Source: Methanobacteriota archaeon (GTDB taxonomy: Archaea > Thermoplasmatota > E2 > DHVEG-1). Taken from it: DNA of 64,000 nt. Made by a program: the position numbers and the translations under genes. The stretch spans positions 296 to 64,295 of the forward strand of contig JAPKYE010000023.1 in assembly GCA_026394495.1 (NCBI GenBank). Reading direction: 5' to 3'. The notes beneath the pieces were generated by a model. That model saw only the letters and a program-made list of their open reading frames with translations. It did not search any database and was not told the DNA's origin. Of the stretch, positions 59,303-64,000 are shown one piece after another (the stretch's first letter is position 1; each line of letters begins with the position of its first letter).

Positions 59303-61177
59303 ATGAAACTCTTACTGATCCACAGTGATTACATCGAATATGAAGTAAAAGACAAGGCTATTGCGCATCCAGAGGAGATCCAGCATAAAAAGGATCGAAT
59401 GGATGAGGCACTGGTTGTATTTGTCGCTGTGGAAAAAGTTGATGAGAAATCACCAACAAAAGCTGCCATTGATGCTGCGGCTGAGATTATGAAAACAACA
59501 GAGCAGCTCAAAGTAGCAAATATTATGATTTATCCGTATGCGCATCTTTCGTCAAATCTTGCAAATCCAAAAAATGCTCAGGAAGTATTGATAGAAATCG
59601 AGCATGAGTTAAAAAACAAAGATTTTAATGTCAAGCGAGCGCCGTTTGGTTGGTATAAAGCATTTACCATTTCATGTAAAGGCCATCCCCTCTCAGAATT
59701 ATCACGAGAAATCATTCCCAGTGGGGAAGAAACAGAATCGTTGAAACAGGAACGAAAGTTAAGCTCATACTGGCATATTTTAAGTGAAGATGGAACACTG
59801 CATGATGTTGATACATTCAATTTTAAAGGTCATGATAATCTAAAAAAATTTGCATTTTATGAAAAAGAAAAATCACGAGTAGCAAAACAAGAACCCCCTC
59901 ATGTTAAACTTATGAAAACATTGGAAATAGCTGATTATGAACCTGCCTCTGATGCAGGAAACATGAGGTTTTATCCAAAGGGACGATTAATTAAAAAATT
60001 ACTTGAAGAGTATGTGACCAGGCGCGTGATCGACTACGGTGGCCTTGAAGTTGAAACCCCTATCATGTATGACATGGATCATCCGACGCTCTCAAAATAT
60101 TTACAGCGGTTTCCAGCCCGGCAGTATCAGATTGAAAGTGATAAACGGAAGTTTTTCCTTCGGTTTGCCGCGTGTTTTGGACAGTTTCTCATGGCCCATG
60201 ATGCAACCATCAGCTATAAGGATTTACCACTGAAAATCTATGAGTTGACACACTATTCATTCCGAAGAGAACAATCAGGAGAACTCACTGGGCTGCGAAG
60301 GCTGAGGGCGTTCACCATGCCTGATGTGCATGCATTTGTCTCCGATTTAGAGATGGCGATGGATGAGTTCAAAATACGCTATGACCTCTGTTTAAGTGTT
60401 CTAGAAAACATCGGAATCCAGACCAATGACATTGAGATGGCGCTACGGACAACCAAAGATTTCTATAACACCAATAAGGGGTTCATGGTTGATCTTGCCA
60501 AAAAGATTGGCAAACCGGTCTTACTTGAGATGTGGGACGAACGCATCTTTTATTTTATTTTAAAATACGAGTTTAACTTTGTCGATCTCTCCGATAAAGC
60601 CTCTGCACTGAGTACCGATCAAATCGATATTGAAAACGGTGAACGATACGATATTTCCTTCACTGATAAGGATGGAACCCAGAAACATCCACTCATCCTC
60701 CATTGTAGTCCATCAGGGGCAATAGAACGAGTCATTTACGCATTACTTGAAAAAGAAGCAATTAAGATGAGTAAGGGAATAAAACCAATGCTGCCTCTTT
60801 GGCTTTCACCAACCCAGGTGCGGTTCATCCCCGTGAATGACGAGTTCCATACGGATTGCGAACAGTTCATCAAAGAACTTACTGTAATGTCTCCGTATCA
60901 TTGCATCCGCGCTGATATCGACGACCGAGAAGAAAGCGTAAGTAAAAAAATCCGTGATGCAGAAAAAGAATGGACACCATACATCGTTGTTGTCGGTGAA
61001 AGAGAACGAGCTGAAAAAAAGTTCACACCTCGGATTCGAAGCACGGAACTTGGAGAAAATAAGATTTATTCTCTAAAAGAATTCCATGACCTTATCTTCA
61101 AACAAATCAAAGAGTTCCCACAGCAAAAACTACCACTCTCCCTGCATCTTTCAAAACGCCCGCGATTTACAGGATAA
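59303..61177 (+). CDS. thrS: threonyl-tRNA synthetase, archaeal type with N-terminal editing domain
   Basis: Start placed at MKLLLIHSDYIEYEVKDKA (archaeal editing domain). Class II motif 2 FRREQSGELTGLRRLRAFTMPDVHAF. C-terminal anticodon-binding domain. Confidence 0.9.
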   Translation: MKLLLIHSDYIEYEVKDKAIAHPEEIQHKKDRMDEALVVFVAVEKVDEKSPTKAAIDAAAEIMKTTEQLKVANIMIYPYAHLSSNLANPKNAQEVLIEIEHELKNKDFNVKRAPFGWYKAFTISCKGHPLSELSREIIPSGEETESLKQERKLSSYWHILSEDGTLHDVDTFNFKGHDNLKKFAFYEKEKSRVAKQEPPHVKLMKTLEIADYEPASDAGNMRFYPKGRLIKKLLEEYVTRRVIDYGGLEVETPIMYDMDHPTLSKYLQRFPARQYQIESDKRKFFLRFAACFGQFLMAHDATISYKDLPLKIYELTHYSFRREQSGELTGLRRLRAFTMPDVHAFVSDLEMAMDEFKIRYDLCLSVLENIGIQTNDIEMALRTTKDFYNTNKGFMVDLAKKIGKPVLLEMWDERIFYFILKYEFNFVDLSDKASALSTDQIDIENGERYDISFTDKDGTQKHPLILHCSPSGAIERVIYALLEKEAIKMSKGIKPMLPLWLSPTQVRFIPVNDEFHTDCEQFIKELTVMSPYHCIRADIDDREESVSKKIRDAEKEWTPYIVVVGERERAEKKFTPRIRSTELGENKIYSLKEFHDLIFKQIKEFPQQKLPLSLHLSKRPRFTG

Positions 61178-61229
61178 ACTACAAAAACAATTATCCTGTT
61201 ACCAAAGGCATTCATTTGGGGATAGTTTT

Positions 61230-62360
61230 ATGATTGAGAGAAAAGAGATTCAAAAAATCGTTGATTCCTATGATCCAAAGAGTATTACCATTGGTGTACT
61301 TGGTGGACATTCAGCTCTTGACGTCTGCAGAGGAGCAAAAAAACATGGGTTTCGCACACTTGCAGTCTGTCAGAAAGGAAGGGATAAAACCTATACTAAA
61401 TATTATAAAACCCGTGACGATGGCAGGGGATGTATCGACAAAACCATTGTTCTTTCTAAATTTTCTGAGATAACCAAACCCACGGTACAAGAACAATTAC
61501 GAGACGAAAATGTCATTTTCATCCATAACCGATATTTTTGGGTTTATTTTAATTTTACAGAAATTGAAAATAATTTCAAAGTCCCTATCTTTGGAACGCG
61601 TTCTCTGCTTAAACTTGAGGAGCGAAACGTCCCGAAAAACCAATACTACCTGCTACAGAAAGCAGGGATCAGGTATCCACAGCTTTTCAAATCACCTCAT
61701 GATATCGACCGGCTTGCTATCGTAAAAGTCAATGAGGCGATCCGTGGATATGAACGAGCGTTTTTCTTTGCATCAAGCTACGCTGATTACCAGAAAAAAT
61801 CAGGTCAACTTCTCGCAAGAAAAATGATTACGAAAGAAGCATTGGATCAGGCTGTCGTGGAAGAATACGTGATTGGTACGCAGATTAATTTTAATTATTT
61901 CTACTCGGTGTTAGACGATGAGCTTGAAATAATGGGTACCGATACAAGACGGCAGACGAACCTTGATGGCCTGCTGCGTCTGCCCGCTGATGAACAACTT
62001 GCTGTGCTTAAATATCTGAAACCAAAAATCATTGAGACGGGTCATATTGCGGCAACGACAAAAGAATCCATTATCGAATCCATCTTTGATATTGGCGAAA
62101 AATTTGTTAAAACCACAAAAAAAGAGTATCCACCTGGGATCATCGGGCCGTTTGCTCTTCAAGGGGCTATGGCGGCGGATAAAGGAAAAGAAGAGATGGT
62201 CGTCTTTGATGTCTCTATGAGGATCCCTGGTAGTCCGCTGACGCAATTCACACCTCATTCAGGTTATTTGTATGGTGATCCAATAAGCTATGGCGAGCGG
62301 ATTGCGATGGAGATCAACAAAGCACGAGATCAAAAACGACTCAAAGAGATTGTAACCTAA
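61230..62360 (+). CDS. purP: FAICAR synthetase PurP (5-formaminoimidazole-4-carboxamide ribotide synthetase, ATP-grasp)
   Basis: ITIGVLGGHSALDVCRGAKKHGF is the PurP N-terminal signature; start at MIERKEIQ. Confidence 0.8.
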   Translation: MIERKEIQKIVDSYDPKSITIGVLGGHSALDVCRGAKKHGFRTLAVCQKGRDKTYTKYYKTRDDGRGCIDKTIVLSKFSEITKPTVQEQLRDENVIFIHNRYFWVYFNFTEIENNFKVPIFGTRSLLKLEERNVPKNQYYLLQKAGIRYPQLFKSPHDIDRLAIVKVNEAIRGYERAFFFASSYADYQKKSGQLLARKMITKEALDQAVVEEYVIGTQINFNYFYSVLDDELEIMGTDTRRQTNLDGLLRLPADEQLAVLKYLKPKIIETGHIAATTKESIIESIFDIGEKFVKTTKKEYPPGIIGPFALQGAMAADKGKEEMVVFDVSMRIPGSPLTQFTPHSGYLYGDPISYGERIAMEINKARDQKRLKEIVT

Positions 62361-62923
62361 GGGGCACAGCTGATTACTCGTTTTTCAGTGACGATTTTAT
62401 CGACCTTTATGTCGTGTTTTTTTGCAGGGATATCGTCCACAAGTTGCAGTTCAAATGCCAACCCTATTTTCAATTGTCGAGTAGCATTCCGCAGTAGATT
62501 GTCATAATAGCCCTTACCGTGTCCAATTCGTTGGCCATGAAGATCAAATACGACACCGGGGACGAGGATCAATTCAACATCATTCAGAGCAACAAGGTGT
62601 CGGCATTCCTGTTTAGGTTCCAATATATCATAGGTGCATGCCGTAAGATCGTTCCAATTATTCAGTTCTGATAATAAGAGTTGTCTTTTTGTTATGTCCG
62701 TGCAGGGGACTACAACATTTTTTTTCTTTGAAAGACATTCTTTGATCATGTCGTGGGTGTGAACTTCGTTATCGTAGGAGACATAGAAAAGAATGGTCTG
62801 TGATGTTTTGAATTCGTTTAATGAAAATAATCTGTCTTTTATTTGTTTGCTTTTCTCTTGAACTTCTAATGAATTAAATTGTTTTCTTTTTTGTAGGAAT
62901 TCGGTTCGTAGTGCTTGTTTCAT
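62357..62923 (-). CDS. 5-formyltetrahydrofolate cyclo-ligase
   Basis: HGQRIGHGKGYYD motif; 188 aa. Overlaps the purP stop by 4 nt, convergent. Confidence 0.8.
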   Translation of the reverse strand: MKQALRTEFLQKRKQFNSLEVQEKSKQIKDRLFSLNEFKTSQTILFYVSYDNEVHTHDMIKECLSKKKNVVVPCTDITKRQLLLSELNNWNDLTACTYDILEPKQECRHLVALNDVELILVPGVVFDLHGQRIGHGKGYYDNLLRNATRQLKIGLAFELQLVDDIPAKKHDIKVDKIVTEKRVISCAP

Positions 62924-63338
62924 AGAGAATAATGGGTGCTATATACAATATTTCTATTTAGAATAATCGTCATTGTTTTTTTCTAGGTGCAGTGTTTTTG
63001 ATAAAAGATAGTCTTCTTTTTGTAACCGTTTTAATGAGGATGGATGGTTCCAATGCTTGGAATCCAGGCACCCTCTGTTTTTTCTGAATCGTTTGCTATG
63101 GGGAAACCAACCTCTCAAGAAGAACAACACATTGAAGCGATGAGATAAAAGCTTCATGATTCTGTCCAACAATTACCAATTCTTTCCGATACAAAACCAT
63201 TTCATGTTGAGAGTCAGACATCGATTGTGATGCAGTTTCAAAGTAGTATGGTGTATCCGAATGGGCCGTCATGAGTTTCATCTCCTGAATTCAAACGAAA
63301 AAATTAAATACTTTAATAACATTATTTAACATTAAATA

Positions 63339-63572
63339 ATGGTGTTTGAAATGGTGTTAAAAACATTTAATGTACAAGAAGAAACTTATCTTAAATTTTC
63401 TCGTTTTTGTAAAGAACATGGCATTAGCATGAGTAAACAAATAGAATTATTTATGCATGCAGTAATGGCAGAGGAACCGAAAGCAAAAAAAGAATACCTA
63501 GAAAAACTTGATAAAATTAGGAAGGGAAAATTTATTCCTATCGAGAATTTTACTGAGCGATATGGACTGTAA
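63339..63572 (+). CDS. putative antitoxin partnering the RelE/ParE-like toxin
   Basis: 77-aa protein located 3 nt upstream of the toxin gene, in the same strand and operon position. Confidence 0.4.
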   Translation: MVFEMVLKTFNVQEETYLKFSRFCKEHGISMSKQIELFMHAVMAEEPKAKKEYLEKLDKIRKGKFIPIENFTERYGL

Positions 63573-63574
63573 CC

Positions 63575-63838
63575 ATGGAATATACCTTGGATGTATCTGA
63601 GGATCTTGATAAGATATTCGGTAAACTTGCGAAGAAAAATAAGAAGCAAATGAACATCATTGATAAAAAGGTTCAACAGATTCTTAAAAATCCATTTCAT
63701 TTTAAAAATCTTCGCGGTGATATGCATGGAGCATACCGCGTTCACATAGACAAATCTTTTGTTCTCATCTATGAGATTGATGAGAAAAGGAAAGTTGTAC
63801 GACTTCTAGATTACGACCATCACGACAGCATTTATTAA
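63575..63838 (+). CDS. RelE/ParE-family toxin
   Basis: LRGDMHGAYRVHIDKSFVLIYEIDEKRKVVRLLDYDHHDSIY matches the RelE/ParE core (G..YR.RIG.YRLIY.ID.....V.I..I.HR). Confidence 0.6.
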   Translation: MEYTLDVSEDLDKIFGKLAKKNKKQMNIIDKKVQQILKNPFHFKNLRGDMHGAYRVHIDKSFVLIYEIDEKRKVVRLLDYDHHDSIY

Positions 63839-64000
63839 CCAACTTTTCATGCGACCACACCAAGAAAAATATTTCTCTTTGTATCATCCATCATCTAAAT
63901 CTCGATCAAGAATTCAGCATCCCGAAGATGATACAATCGATGGTAAAACGAGTGAGCAGACCTGTGGAAGATATGCGGGATTCTGCATGTAGAAACCTGC

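Overview
This 64 kb window is an AT-rich (GC roughly 35-40%) archaeal chromosome segment. Gene density is high on both strands. The lineage is probably an uncultivated archaeon; it was not identified, and nothing methanogen-specific was seen.

The archaeal identity rests on these genes, all visible in the translations:
- DNA polymerase II (PolD) small subunit DP1 and large subunit DP2, the latter carrying an about 504-aa intein with a LAGLIDADG endonuclease
- MCM helicase
- aEF-2, uS12 and uS7 in a str-like operon
- uL1, uL10/P0 and P1/L12 in a stalk operon
- aRF1
- archease
- diphthine-ammonia ligase
- archaeal-type ThrRS
- PurP
- KaiC-like ATPase
- a pssA-psd archaetidylserine operon
- ThyX
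- PdxS/PdxT
- enolase
- MsrA/MsrB

RNA genes:
- tRNA-Asp(GTC) at 19659-19731
- a GC-rich structured RNA at about 42172-42503, interpreted as SRP (7S) RNA. It has a helix-6 GGAG hairpin and a helix-8 GGAA hairpin with the AGG/AGCA internal loop.

Accessory and unusual content:
- A secreted proteolysis set: a 2165-aa subtilase with PKD, beta-helix and CARDB domains, two paralogous C25 gingipain-like peptidases, a membrane-anchored serpin and a transglutaminase-like protein, plus an exosortase/archaeosortase-like membrane protein with no tagged substrate in view.
- A CBS-domain protein fused to a ribosome-hibernation-factor (HPF/RaiA)-like domain.
- Two tandem divergent UbiA-like prenyltransferases next to a XylR_N/V4R-like protein and a KaiC-like ATPase.
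- A PqqD-like RiPP-recognition-element protein translationally overlapping an OPT oligopeptide transporter.
- Inverted paralogs of a 55-aa CxxC-x17-CxxC zinc-ribbon protein about 19 kb apart.
- An iteron-like array of about 7 direct repeats at roughly 22-24 bp spacing (17240-17490).
- A recurring C-rich/ATATA motif at 4 loci.
- A +1 frameshift splitting the essential P0 gene.
- pdxT without a canonical start codon.
- A RelE/ParE-type toxin-antitoxin pair.

No CRISPR array and no rRNA were found.
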